This document shows, piece by piece, positions 51,596 through 64,000 of a DNA stretch of 64,000 nt (positions within the stretch are counted from its first letter, which is position 1; each line of letters begins with the position of its first letter). The stretch covers positions 1 to 64,000 of the forward strand of contig JBFLGF010000185.1 of NCBI GenBank assembly GCA_050230475.1. The letters run 5' to 3'. The DNA comes from Ancylonema sp. Lineage: Eukaryota. The notes under the pieces were generated by a model. It was not told the DNA's origin. It worked only from the letters and a program-made list of their open reading frames with translations, and searched no databases. The translations under genes and the position numbers were made by a program.

Positions 51596-54500
51596 GTAGT
51601 TGCACCCAGGAGACATCTAACCTCATTGCCAGCCAATCCTGGTGTGCCACCTGGCATCCTCCGCATCATTCTCCTCCTACCACTTGTTGTCCTCCTGACC
51701 TTCCATTTCGGCTTATCCACTACGGTGCCACCTGTCCCAGACCTGCTCCCATATTATAGGGACAACTCACCCGCTCAATCCGGAAAGGCACCAGGTGGCA
51801 GAACACATGCGGCACAATACAGTGTAGATCCGCCAGGTGGCACCTTCTCCATCACCCCGCAAAACCGGGTGCCAGGTGGCAGGCTGGAGCTGGCAATGGA
51901 GCACCCTAGACTTTGTCTCCTTTTCATAACGCTGGAGTACAAAAGCGGAACGTTTTCGGGAAATGGGATCTACGCCATGTCGATGGTGCGGTCGCTGGCG
52001 TCGCTGGGCCACTCCTTATTTGTGATCAGGTGAATTCAGCATACGCTGCACTGCAGTTCCGTGAATCCAGCTCAGCAGCCTTCAACATCATCTATTGGTT
52101 TACATGTGTGTCCAGGTACATATATTTGTGTATATATTCCTTTACATGTTCTCCTCTCTTTTTCTCTCTTCTCTCTTTTAGATTTTCTGATTATTTCGTG
52201 TGTATATCTATCTGTGTATGTATGTTCCTTGGATTGTGATGCGCTTTGCCGCCGTGAATCATGCAAAGGGAGTCTGTTCAGGGGTTTGCGTGCCGTTATT
52301 CGTGATTTATTTCTACTTGTTCAATCGATCAGTTTGCACTCTTTTGGGGATCAAATCGTTTTATACACACTTCTTCCTCTCCTCTCATTGGTTTGATCCC
52401 TCATCGACACCCTCAGCGCCACCCCCCCCTCCGGATCCGATGACCCAGCCTCCCCACCCGCCCCCACCCTCTCAAGAATGGATGTTGAGACGAACTTGGT
52501 CGAAATTCCGATCTCTGTTTGGGGCCGGCTTGACTGGAAGTGCGGATTCGAAGATTTTGGCAACGGGATTGATGACGCCACCTGTCAAGCCGTCAAAATA
52601 TTCTCTCCCCATTGGGTCCTGGCCGTCGATTGGTCTGCCATCGGGGTCTACAAGAACCTCTCACAACGTGCCAGGTGGCAGCAGGAGGAGAGAAGGGAGG
52701 GGATGCCTGCCCCCCCTCTGTTTGCCTACTTGAACTACCGTGTGTATACCCTCTCAGAGTACAGTGGGGGGGATGGGGAGAAGGAGCGTGAGTTCTATCG
52801 GGAGAGGGAAGGGGAAGCCATGGCACTTGCTGATGTGGCGGCTGGGTTGAGTCGCAGGTGAGGGGATGGAGGTGTTGCGCCTTTTGACAAAACGAATCTT
52901 CTAATCTTCTAGTCTTCTAGTAGATTCTTAGGAGAGGTAGAGAACATAAGTGCATATGCACATGCATACACACATACATGAATACGGATGTACAAACATG
53001 AGATAAACATGATAACATACGTACTGACACACAACTGATATACAGACATGCATGCATGCATTTACACACACATTTATACATACATACATGCATACATACA
53101 TGCATACATACATGCGGACATGCTGGAACGAACTTATGTGCATACACACACACACACACATATATATGTACATACACAATTCCATCCACACAACATACGC
53201 ATCACATCCACGAGTCAAACCACATCCATGCATACACACACGCATGAGTGGGAGATGTGTGTTTTCCTCCAACTGCGTCTACTTTACGATACAAGCACGA
53301 ACACATGTCACCTCCATACCGTTATTGTTTGGTTTCAAAGTGAGGACCGTGAGGCGCACGTTGAGGAGGGGCGGGGGAAGTGTGTTCGATGCAGAGACGC
53401 GGAGTTTTTGGGGTCCAGTCAGGGATTAGGGTTCAGGATGAGAGAGGGAGTGAAAGCAAAGAGTCTGTTGCCACCGCTAAGGGAAGATATCCGCCAGCTG
53501 GCGTTGGTGCAGCAAGCTCAGGTGATGGCAGCAGACGGGTGCGTGGGTACTCAGAGCGGAGACTTTTGAAAAAGTGAAGGGTGGCGTAAACACAGGTTTT
53601 GTGCAGCAGCAGAGATCGTAAAATGATGATTCGTAAAATGAATATTCACCTTCGTGTAGGTGGGAGGGTAGAGCGAATCTGGAACACCAAAATCAAGAAA
53701 AGTGGAATGTCCACCCATTGTCATCCATGTCTTTGGTGCCTGCCAGCTCAGCGCCAGCTCAGCAGGAGCCAGGTGGCAGTCAGGGAGGCGTTACCTGACG
53801 TGTTGCGTCAGACTGAGCCCCGAGAAGAACGCTGCACTGTTTGCTGACATCATCGAGGCCACAGCTCCCTTTTTGAGAGACCAAGGTATCATACCCCTCA
53901 TATGCGCAGGGGCGGGGGGGAGGGGAGCACCCGGGTACCCGGGGGAGGTGATCAGGCGGGTGGTGGCAGCGGAGCCAGATAGTGAAGTCATCGAGGGGTT
54001 TATGGGGCCTGAGCGGATGGGGGAGGTGTATTCTAAGGTGGGGCTACAAGGGGGCAGTGCGAAATTCTGATAACTAATAATCTTGTCAAATAATAATTAT
54101 TTTTATTTTTATTTATTTTTAATTTGTCATTTTCCTTTTTTAAAATTTTCGATTGTACACATTTTATTTTCTTTTTAAGTTTATTTTTTAAAGCCCTGGT
54201 TGAGCGGTGCAGGCTTTGTTCGAGAAATATGATGTGTCTGCAGGAAAAAAAAATGTTCGTCTCTCGTTTTTCCATCCATATTTTCAGAGTGAGAGGTACA
54301 GGGCTGAGAACACAATTTGAAGCAGAAATAATTGGAAAAATGCTTGGGCTCGTAGCGTAGAAAGTAAGGTGATGCAAGAGGGATTCCAATTGACTCAAAA
54401 TATATCTTTCCCATGTGCGCAGACTCTGCTGAATATCCACCCCTGTTTATACGACGCCTACGGGATGACACTTGTGGAAGCAGCAGCATTTGCTGCGCCT

Positions 54501-54785
54501 TCATTGGTCAATGTTGGGACAGGTGGTGCAGTGGGAGCCACAGAATTGCTCGATCCTTCACAAGGACTTGTTGTGGCGATGGATTTGGCACAGAGTATCG
54601 ACGCCATCGCTGAGAAATTGATGGAGGTGCTCCGAAACAAAGAGCTTCTTCAGAGCATTGCTATGAAAGCCGCGCATAAAAGCGTTTCTTATAGCGAGGA
54701 GGCAAATGCGATTGCTTTGACAGAAATATTGGGGGAGGCCAGAGGCAGAATCGAATCGCCAGAAGCGAGGAGGAGTCACTCGTGA
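51596..54785 (+). CDS. GT4 (GT-B fold) glycosyltransferase with N-terminal membrane anchor; most complete copy; start exon uncertain
   Basis: Hydrophobic ILRIILLLPLVVLLTFHFGL; LFITLEY...FSGNGIYAMSMVRSL; RYLTCCVRLSPEKNAALF; LNIHPCLYDAYGMTLVEAAAFAAPSLV (D-x7-E variant of the E-x7-E motif). Confidence 0.8.
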
Positions 54786-55635
54786 TTGTAAAACGTGTGT
54801 TGAAAGCGTATGTTTCTGAGCTTCTTCACTCATTGTGTCGAAATCGACACTTGCAGGCGCCTGTGCTAAGATATCCAATCTTATTCTGGTGTACATTAGC
54901 TCGTTCTACTCCTTTGACTCATGAGAAATGTTGAGAGGGTCTTAATCCATAGGTGTACCAATGCATGAAATGACACATTTGTGATGTCATGCTACCTCTT
55001 TGAAGTCGGGACAATATGCAAGGTGCTTGGATTGGTCTCGCATATTCGTGAGGCACGTGTGCCTACGTCATGTGTAACCCCTACATCTTCCTCACTGCCA
55101 CACAGATGATTTCAATAAGGACACCTGTGAGTCTCGCATGCTATTGACATATTCGTGTACCAAAAAAATGACAAACGCTCTTCCTCTTCTGATCCCCTCC
55201 GTTTTGCGTGTAATATTGTTCCCAGAAGTTCAACTTCTAGCCCCCAAAGGTGCCATGCCCATGAGGGGTGAGGGAGCAACGATGGAACAATGAAGAGAAG
55301 ACATCCACTTCTTGAAATCTCTCACACTGGGACAAGCCGAGATGGTGGCGAATCGAGTTCTCAATTGTTGAATTTGTCAGTTCTTTGCACCACCTAGGAG
55401 TGAGTGAATCATCGAAATGAGATGGAGTGGTTAGTTGGTGCGTCAAAACTCCTAGTGTGTCATATTTATCTGGAATCTGCAATCCGGAACCTGGAACCTG
55501 GAAGCTTATTTGACGCGGAATGTTTTATTGTATTACAATACATCGCAGCAATAAGACTCCAACATAAAGATCGGTGAGTATGGGTGGCAGAAGGCCGGGA
55601 TTTAGAGGCTGCCCAGCTGCATGCGAACTCAGCAT

Positions 55636-55731
55636 CATAGTATCATAGTATCATAGTATCTTAGTATCATAGTATCATAGTATCATAGTATCATAGTATC
55701 ATAGTATCATAGTATCATAGTATCATAGTAT
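55636..55731 (+). repeat. (TATCATAG)n 8-mer tandem array between the convergent GT and GILT genes
   Basis: catagtatcatagtatcatagtatcttagtatcatag..., nearly perfect. Confidence 0.95.
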
Positions 55732-55951
55732 ACAGTGACCATGGCCACAACGGTTGTGCATTCATGATCCTACAACATCAATCTACAGGAATTGATTAAG
55801 GAAGCTCGCCATGATAGAATGAGAAGGCAGCTTCTATTGTCTCTACTACAATAATGAATGACAGTAACCTGCATAATAATGCGATTCGCAGTATTGATGG
55901 CTTGTCCATCCCCAGAAACCAAGAAGTGGCCTTCATCTTTCCTATATCTGC

Positions 55952-57921
55952 TCAGATGACCTCCTGCTCCAGAGCCCCAGCATTCATATCTCTGGGAGAG
56001 ACTCCTTTCAGTCCATTTGTCCTTTTAGTGACTTTGGTGTTGCAATACGCGGGTGGCGGACCCTTGTATGCCTTGCACACCAAGGAAAGGACGTCCTCAT
56101 AGTCCTGTGAGTAACACACGGAGCAGCGCCAAACATCAGCTTGGGAAACGATAGAAAGGACTCGAAGAAATGGGGATGAGGTCATGGCTGCATCAATCAA
56201 GCCATCTGCTCGATGTCACTGTGTATTCAGAGCATGTACTGACTACACATCTATACATCTTCACATATATACATATATACAGCTGTACTGACTACACAGA
56301 TATACAGCTATACAATTATACAGCTATACAACTATACAGCTATACAGTTATACAGCTACACAGTTATACAGCTATACAGCTTTACATCTATACATCTTTA
56401 CATCTATACATCCATACATCCCTGATATTGTACCGTAATGGACCTCAACATTCTTACTTGAATTGTACGTCCATTGAGTTAAGGGTGCAGTTATCTGACA
56501 CAGGTGGACTCAGACATGGCACACATTCATCGTAGAAGCTAGAAGATGGAAGCTCACTTCATAACTTGGTGCTCCGTTCACCAGCAGCCAGGGTACGTAC
56601 TGGTGGGCAGGCTCCAGGGCATCAGTCTCACTAGCGAACGTTCGAATCAGCTGCCAGCAAACGAAAAAATAATGTCAAGTGTGGTATGTGAGGTCACTGA
56701 CACACCAGATGAAAGCACCTATAGCAGGAAGGAAACGAAAGATCCTGTTGGAGCAGACAACGCCTATGATGGGAAGGCAGAAAGGTCGATAACTCGATTC
56801 TAATAAGTGATATAATATAATAAATCGATAATGATTCTTTGCGTAAGTGAGAGACCGCACCTTGTCTCCCAAAGGTCCCAAGTAGCACTCCTCAATCTTC
56901 GACCACTCCAGGCCTGCCTTTTCAGCGCAGGCTGGAGCAGTGGATTCAAGAGAGTAGTCGCCGGCAATGCATTCCACGAATGGATACCATGTGGACTGAA
57001 AGCATAGGCAGACACATGAGTGATGAGGGTACAGAGACTGCCTACCAGTCTAGGAGGAGGTCATTCGTATAGCACGGCTGCTTTCAAACAGTAGGGTAGA
57101 AAGCTGACCACAGCTGGATAGAAGTGGACCGCACAGGCCTCGATGAGGTTGCCGGCGCACTCAATGACTCCGTGCTGCACGGCAACCACAGGCTGGAGTA
57201 GTCAGGAATGACTCTCAAATGGACATGGTTTGGTGCTTCAGCATCTCTTATCGAGTAGCCGCCCAGTCCAGTTAGAAATCAGATTATTTTCCATGCAATC
57301 GTCATTTTATATTCACAGCAGTGACATTGTGCAAGATTGGGAAGAAGAATGCTGCTGTTCAGGTTTGCTTAAAATGTAGACTGGCAGCCCTCCCACAGGC
57401 TCGACGGCTTACCTGGCAGACGATGGTGCCGTTCGGCGCTACCACCGCGTTGCCATAAGGTATGATCAGGAAATCGGAAATCTCGATGTGAGGGCTTTCG
57501 ACAAATTCCTTGAGAGCTCCTTTGATGAATGCCGCGCAGTAAGGGCAAAGCGACTCCTCGTAGAATTCTACAGACACTTTTTCGGGAATTGAAAGAAATT
57601 GGCGGAAAGCTCTAGAGAATCGCGTAAGAGACTGACATCCAAGACTGTAGGGAGCCCCAAAACCTGCACCAGACAAAAAATCGATTGCACTAGAACCGTC
57701 AAAACTCTGCATTGTGCTGTGCAGTTTACAACCGTCGTATCTCCAATACTTCTCTGCTGTACCATCAGCTGATCGCTTGACTTGGAAGGTGAAGGAGATG
57801 CATGAAAGATTGGAATAAAATTTGTGAACATACCAAGCGGAATAGCATGCACTGAAGTGCAAGCGACTGCGAGGATCATATAAGCACACACCAACGGCAG
57901 ACGTCCGATCCGTGCCATCAT
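55952..57921 (-). CDS. GILT: Gamma-interferon-inducible lysosomal thiol reductase (GILT) family protein
   Basis: Signal-peptide exon; KVSVEFYEESLCPYCAAFI...IPYGNA...VCQ|HGVIECAGNLIEAC; FVECI...ACAEKAG; HQYVPWLLVNG; LVCKAYKGPPPAYC. Confidence 0.92.
56245..56420 (+). repeat. Degenerate (ATACAGCT)n/(ATACATCT)n 8-mer array in a GILT intron (copy at ~63330-63505)
   Basis: tatacagctatacaattatacagctatacaactatacagctatacagttatacagct. Confidence 0.9.
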
Positions 57922-59482
57922 AACTGCAGCAGCTACACTGTTCACGGGAAATAACTTCTCACAGCGTAATTGAGAGCTTATTGACACAGTTATTTTCGAA
58001 AGCTCGTAGCAACCGGAACTTTGGACGGAGGAAAGGACCTGATGGCAGTCGTGGACAGGCACCACAACGCATCTGTTATCTGCAGTTCCCCGCCAGATCC
58101 CGTTGTAGCTATGCAAGCAGCAGTCATTTTAGCGAGAATTTAGGATGCCCGCATTTTGCACTAAGTCTGGGCTGAGCGGGCCGACCCCACCGATCCTTTC
58201 CAATCTGTTCCCACCATTCCGCCCGTCTTATCCCAGCCTCTGCCGACCCGGTATGACCGCGCACCCATTTCCAAGTCCACCAACATCTCCAAACCCGACC
58301 TCACCCATCATCCAATCTTGTGCCCCCCCATTTTTTCAATGCTTACGGACGCTCACACCTCAGCCTACCCATTCCAGCTGCCCTCGACCCTCTTACAACG
58401 TCCCTTGCCCCTTCCAACCTCAGCAACTTGTACAAATCTGTATCAAGCACACCCAACCTGCCGGTGCGGTTCCCTCCTTCTCTTAGTCGCACCCAACATT
58501 CCCCTCCCTTTCTCTCCTTAACCCGACCCAGTCCCAACCTCCCCTAATTTTAGTAAACCTGTATCGTTTTGGCCAATTGTTTATTATTTATCCTCGCCCA
58601 ATTGCAACAGTATAGATTCTAGTGAAGATGGCAAAACATGATAGAGAAGCTGGGGGCTGGGAGTCGGGTATGAAACTCAATTACGGTGATAGTGCATATC
58701 TACACCCTGACAACCATAAATTTTGCGAGCATCCACGGAAAGCATGATTTGTAACAAGCACACAAACGTGTATGTTTGTGTGCTTGTACGCGCGACCTCG
58801 CAAAACTAACAAAGGAGGCTTAATACCTCACTCTTGTTTATCAAATTATCGATGTTCATACACATCTTGCAACTCCAAGTGTGTGGGACACACGCAAATG
58901 TTAGCTTGAAGTAATCAAATCATACAAATTACCTCTAGATGTCATACCTAGTTTCAAGATTCCTTCGCCACATCCACATACTAGCAATCCATACTACAAC
59001 GATTCATAAGGGACACGCAAGGCATGCGGCACATTCCGTTAGCATTAAATCAAAGTCTCAAGAGGAAGCACAAGAAGGAAATTTCACAACATGGGAAGAT
59101 GTCGTAAGCATTGTTTGTGGCACACTGCCAGTTGATGAATTAATTGGAGGCTGAACAATAAAATATGCTGTGTACAAAAGCCGCAGAGGTCTTTCTTGTG
59201 TTCAACACTGACTACCATTCAAAGGAGACAATCACTTGGCTTTACTTCTTCGAGCCGAGCCAATGTGATTTCGGTCCTGCTCATCATTTAATCAACCTCA
59301 TAAAGCCTGAAAATAGGACCCTAAATCCCACCACTCACCAACTTGACAACCATGAAGCTGCAAATACAAGACTACTCACTCCGAAAGGTGACAGCCAAGC
59401 CTACTCCAATCTAACTCAAAATGGAACAGAAATCACCACCAACTTTCCCTCTCATAACTGCAGCTTCATGGTCCTATTTCTC

Positions 59483-61759
59483 TTAGAGTCCAAAATTGCG
59501 ACTGTATTGTTCTTGCAAGGTAGTTGCCGTACCCACAAGGGCCTCCACATTGTTATGTGTTTGCCAATGCTCTCTTCTTACTCCATCACACTTTCTTTTC
59601 CCCTCTTTCGTATCTACTTCCTCACACCTCTTCCTCTCATTCTTTTGCATCCTCCGCTGCCACAGGAGCTGCCTCTGACCTGAACTCGCAGATTTCTCCG
59701 ACAGAGTAGTGGGGGGAGCCAATACCACTAGTCGACTTCCCAATGTCCTCATCTCCCCCTCCAGCTCCCCGTCCAACTCCCCCTCCGACCCAAAGCTAAG
59801 ATTCACTTGCTTCACACTCCCAATCGATTCGCATGACTCCGTGACATGTTCCCCCCCCCCAAACAGACCTTGCGAGACACCACGAATGGGATCTTTGCGA
59901 TTCGCGAACGAATCGAAGTCAAACTCAAAATTGCCCTCGAGTGGATCGGCATCATCCACCCCTTCCCCTCCTCCTCGATGCCCCGCGCCTTCCTTAGGCA
60001 GATTAAGAACCTCTTCCAAGCCTCCATCTATCACCTGTTCCGTCTCTCCCCAACAGAACAGCGCCCCAGGCGAGTCCACATCTTTCTGCCACAAGTGCGA
60101 CCCTTCTACCTTCTGACATACTTTCAGGTCTTCCAAAACCTACTTTTCTCGAGCCGAAAAAATCCTCCGCGAACGTGGCGACTCCTCGCACCCGAAATCC
60201 AGGTCGGGTATGGTGAGAGAACCGAACCGTAGGTCCTGTGAAGCCCTCACAGATGTCTGAATCACTGCGGCAGCGGAAGCTGCCGGAAGGTTCTCCCTCT
60301 GAGCACCCTGCAGCACCTCTGACTGCGACCAGGGACTGCCCTTAACCGAGCTCTGCCCCGCAGACTCTCCCTCAACTGCCTGCAAGCTCACTATTTCTCC
60401 CACAACTTTCTTCAGCTCTGCCTCTATGTCCAACCCCAGTGGCCGACCTTTCTTGAGCATCCGATCTGAATGTCTTTCCAACCCCTCATTCTCGTCCGGC
60501 GACATGTCGCAAGACTCTGCGATGAAGATCAAGGGCGAAACCTCGCAGGCACGCTCGGGAGATGCCCGTTTAGAACCCCTCACATTGGTTGCTGAGTCAG
60601 CAGTGTGCCGCCCGAGCGCCGCTCGAAGACTTGCCAGGAGGGACCCATCCTGTCTGAGAGCAGGCTGGGCTGGACTGGGCTGGGTTGATACTGCTGCCGT
60701 AGGGCGACTGGCATTGGATCCTTGAGCGTCTGCCGATGCTATCACCACCTGGCGATTTAGTGCTGACACATTGCTGGGGTGGACCCTCAATCCAAGAGAA
60801 ATCACACCTCCGCTTTCGTCTGGCTTCTCAGAGTTGATAAGGGCAAAGTCCTTCAACATCCGGCAAGGGTCCTCCAGCAGGAAACTGCAAAATTATAACA
60901 TGACATTGTCAGGGTGTGTCTGCACATTCGGAAGCTTACAAAACCAAATCTCTGTGCAGACAGAGAGAGTGAACAACGGCGCATGCACTCCCCAGGAGAC
61001 ACAGAGCAACGGCACTTAGGCAGACAGACATGAACAAGTCAGTCAACTGAAAGTGTACGGTTGGTAAAAAAGAGTATGTGTCGCCCGCATATCTCTGTGG
61101 ACATAGTTCACATGAGTTGCGACCTCTGGCATCACATACCTTTCCAGTGGAATGTGAGTGTAGGCCAGCATCACATCAAGATGCGATCCTCGGCTGTAAC
61201 TTGCCATCCAGACTTGACACGTTAGCTCCTCGTCACCTTCCAAGATGCAGACCTGTGACAACATCACAATCCCGCGTTATGAATACAGGTTCAGAGAAAC
61301 TGTAAAGAGCCGCTCACTCATAAAAACCTGACTCTACCGTTCAGCCAACCATACAACAACGGTAGAAGTGCATGTACGTATGTACGAAATCGAGTGGAGA
61401 ATCCACAAGTCAAACGTAGTCTGTCTGCGCCAACCCAACCCTCAATTCTTACTACATATGGAACTGCATCTACTGCTGCTCTTACAACTATGTCATGCGC
61501 AGGCGTGCAGCAGTATGACTGTGAGTGTACACACCTGCATGGTCTCATGGAAGACCGGCTCGCTTCCCCCTTCCTTAGCTTTTCTGGTTCTAAGATTTTG
61601 TTTGCTCGGAGTTCTTCCTCCGAAGACTTGCACGTACACATCCTGGCGAGGAGTGTATGAACCATTTGAAGGCATTCGATTAGGAATGTCATGGGCTTGC
61701 GCTATCAGCATATCAAGTATGCCAACGGGAGGCCGTTTCACCTTCCTTCTCTGACCCAT
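59483..61759 (-). CDS. Plant C2-domain (calcium/lipid-binding) protein; in-frame TAG at 60140-60142; 3' end uncertain
   Basis: GILDMLIAQAHDI...QDVYVQV...LRTRKAKEGGSEPVFHETMQ, EELTCQVWMAS...HLD and KDFAL...GGVISLGL resemble the plant C2 family with the QARDI/QDVY/GGRNPVF pattern. Confidence 0.7.
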
Positions 61760-62789
61760 GGAACGTCTAAATGCAACAAATACTGCGCACTAATATGAGT
61801 ACCAAAAAACAAATCTCTGAAGGAAAATCCGCTGGCGGTAAGAATATTGGTCACTAAACTTATAAAAGTTGTGAAGAAGCACCCACAGGGGAAGGAAATA
61901 TTATAAGCTTGTAATGAGTCGCAGATTCTAAAGTCCCGGCTCGCCTCAGGCGTTGTGGGCGTCAATGGAATTACTGCTGAGAGAGGGATGACTTTCGGCT
62001 CATTCGACTGCAAAAGCTGCAGAAATCTGTTTGGAGGTCAGGTCTTTGACTGCGGCAAGAAGTCCGCCCCGCGTCTTTTTCCGGAGCCACTCTTTATGGG
62101 GTGAAAGGTGCATAGCTACACGGTCAACGCAATCGAGTCAAAGTTAATCAGCTTACGTATCCATCACACTACTGCCGACCTACTTCGAACAGTGAGAAGA
62201 AGATCCATCTTATCGGACGGCAGGATGGATCTTGGGATCTAGATTGCAGCTCAAATCTCGTCGACCAACACCGAAACAGATCATTGGCGCTCTTGATAGG
62301 CTGGCTTACCTGGCAAGGAGCATTCCGCGGCATTTTACGCTTCGATCCTCAATCGGAGGAATACTTCCCACGAGCGAAGACCTCACATGAATGTGTCCTC
62401 GTGGGTGAAACCGCGTTGTCACACAATTGTCACAAACGGTCACCATCGAATTCGTGGATTGCAGCCAGATGCTGATTGATTGCTCAGTGCTCAATGCTGT
62501 AGTGCGGCGCGCTGAGGTGACACTTTTGTCACCCGTGGACGGCTGCTGAGACCGCGCCCGGAGTTTTTTTTTGCCGAATCGGATTTCCAATACGGTCCAT
62601 ATCGTTTCACGCCGGGATCGGATCGGATCGGTGTCGGACACGCGATACCCGTGTCGTGCCAAAGTCGTATCCAAAACCCTAATGCAAGAATAAAACGCAA
62701 TCGCTGAGCTAGAGATATGGACTTAACCCGACCACCCTTGTTTTGGGCTACGAGTTGTTTATCGTACGTTACAAAAAAAAGCATTGCCG

Positions 62790-63107
62790 TGCCGTTTAAC
62801 ATCGTTGGTCGACTCTGGCGCCTCCGGCACCTTCATCGACCCTTCAGTCCTCCTCCAGTCCCGCCTGACTCCCCTCCCCCACCCCCACCCCATCCCTGTC
62901 GAGCGCATCGATGGCAGCTCGGCCTCTCCTGTTACCCACTACTTCCCATCCCGTCTCAGGATACATGGCACGCATTCAGAGGACATTACCTTCGACGTGA
63001 TCTAGCTCGCGCACTTCCAAGTGGTCCTGGGGTTTACAACCCCACCATCGATTGGCACGCCGGCACGCTCACGTTCGCCTCCCACCTCTGCGCGTCCACC
63101 TGTCTTG
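62790..63107 (+). mobile_element. Ty3/gypsy aspartic protease relic
   Basis: LVDSGASGTFID, PIPVERIDGS, FDVI*, VVLG, NPTIDWHAGTLTF; stop plus frameshift; cut at the N at 63108. Confidence 0.85.
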
Positions 63108-63108
63108 N

Positions 63109-64000
63109 ATTTTAGTGACTTTGGTGTTGCAATACGCGGGTGGCGGACCCTTGTATGCCTTGCACACCAAGGAAAGGACGTCCTCATAGTCCTGTGAGTA
63201 ACACACGGAGCAGCGCCAAACATCAGCTTGGGAAACGATAGAAAGGACTCGAAGAAATGGGGATGAGGTCATGGCTGCATCAATCAAGCCATCTGCTCGA
63301 TGTCACTGTGTATTCAGAGCATGTACTGACTACACATCTATACATCTTCACATATATACATATATACAGCTGTACTGACTACACAGATATACAGCTATAC
63401 AATTATACAGCTATACAACTATACAGCTATACAGTTATACAGCTACACAGTTATACAGCTATACAGCTTTACATCTATACATCTTTACATCTATACATCC
63501 ATACATCCCTGATATTGTACCGTAATGGACCTCAACATTCTTACTTGAATTGTACGTCCATTGAGTTAAGGGTGCAGTTATCTGACACAGGTGGACTCAG
63601 ACATGGCACACATTCATCGTAGAAGCTAGAAGATGGAAGCTCACTTCATAACTTGGTGCTCCGTTCACCAGCAGCCAGGGTACGTACTGGTGGGCAGGCT
63701 CCAGGGCATCAGTCTCACTAGCGAACGTTCGAATCAGCTGCCAGCAAACGAAAAAATAATGTCAAGTGTGGTATGTGAGGTCACTGACACACCAGATGAA
63801 AGCACCTATAGCAGGAAGGAAACGAAAGATCCTGTTGGAGCAGACAACGCCTATGATGGGAAGGCAGAAAGGTCGATAACTCGATTCTAATAAGTGATAT
63901 AATATAATAAATCGATAATGATTCTTTGCGTAAGTGAGAGACCGCACCTTGTCTCCCAAAGGTCCCAAGTAGCACTCCTCAATCTTCGACCACTCCAGGC
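63109..64000 (-). repeat. Near-identical duplicate of part of GILT (~56023-56913, offset 7087) after a single N
   Basis: Matching ORFs offset by 7087; the copy starts right after the ambiguous base. Confidence 0.9.

Noticed and set aside
55636..55731. CRISPR-like array
   Set aside because: Simple 8-mer tandem repeat without spacers; eukaryotic context; no cas genes.
31387..57921. Functional gene cluster (metal/redox/glycosylation)
   Set aside because: The genes belong to unrelated housekeeping pathways and compartments; nothing in the sequence supports co-function.
58180..58545. C-rich ORFs upstream of GILT
   Set aside because: No recognisable domain or splice structure.
60140..60142. TAG codon reassignment
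   Set aside because: dCTPP and TIM9 end with TAG at family-typical positions.

Overview
Eukaryotic, intron-rich nuclear DNA, most likely from a streptophyte (green plant lineage, probably an alga). This is inferred from plant-type BPG2, CTC1, NRAMP1-like and C2-domain genes and from TTTAGGG-like repeats. Gene order: ABCG half-transporter (+), dCTP pyrophosphatase (-), BPG2/YqeH GTPase (+), decayed Ty1/copia 3' half with LTR (-), CTC1 (-), NRAMP (+), TIM9 (-), GT4-type glycosyltransferase (+), GILT thiol reductase (-), C2-domain gene (-), and a Ty3/gypsy protease relic. Two blocks (ABCG-dCTPP and NRAMP-TIM9-GT) each occur as two visibly diverged versions (A and B) plus near-identical re-copies joined at abrupt junctions. 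This looks like a haplotype/homeologue mosaic, probably partly an assembly artefact. The least explained signal is a highly iterated quasi-palindrome, TGCCAGGTGGCA/TGCCACCTGGCA (TGYCA-NN-TGRCA family). It occurs inside coding exons, at some splice acceptors and in introns, and it differs between the A and B versions. Introns are unusual: poly-C/poly-G tracts, G-rich acceptors, telomere-like repeats and other microsatellites. All exon boundaries were read by eye and are approximate.
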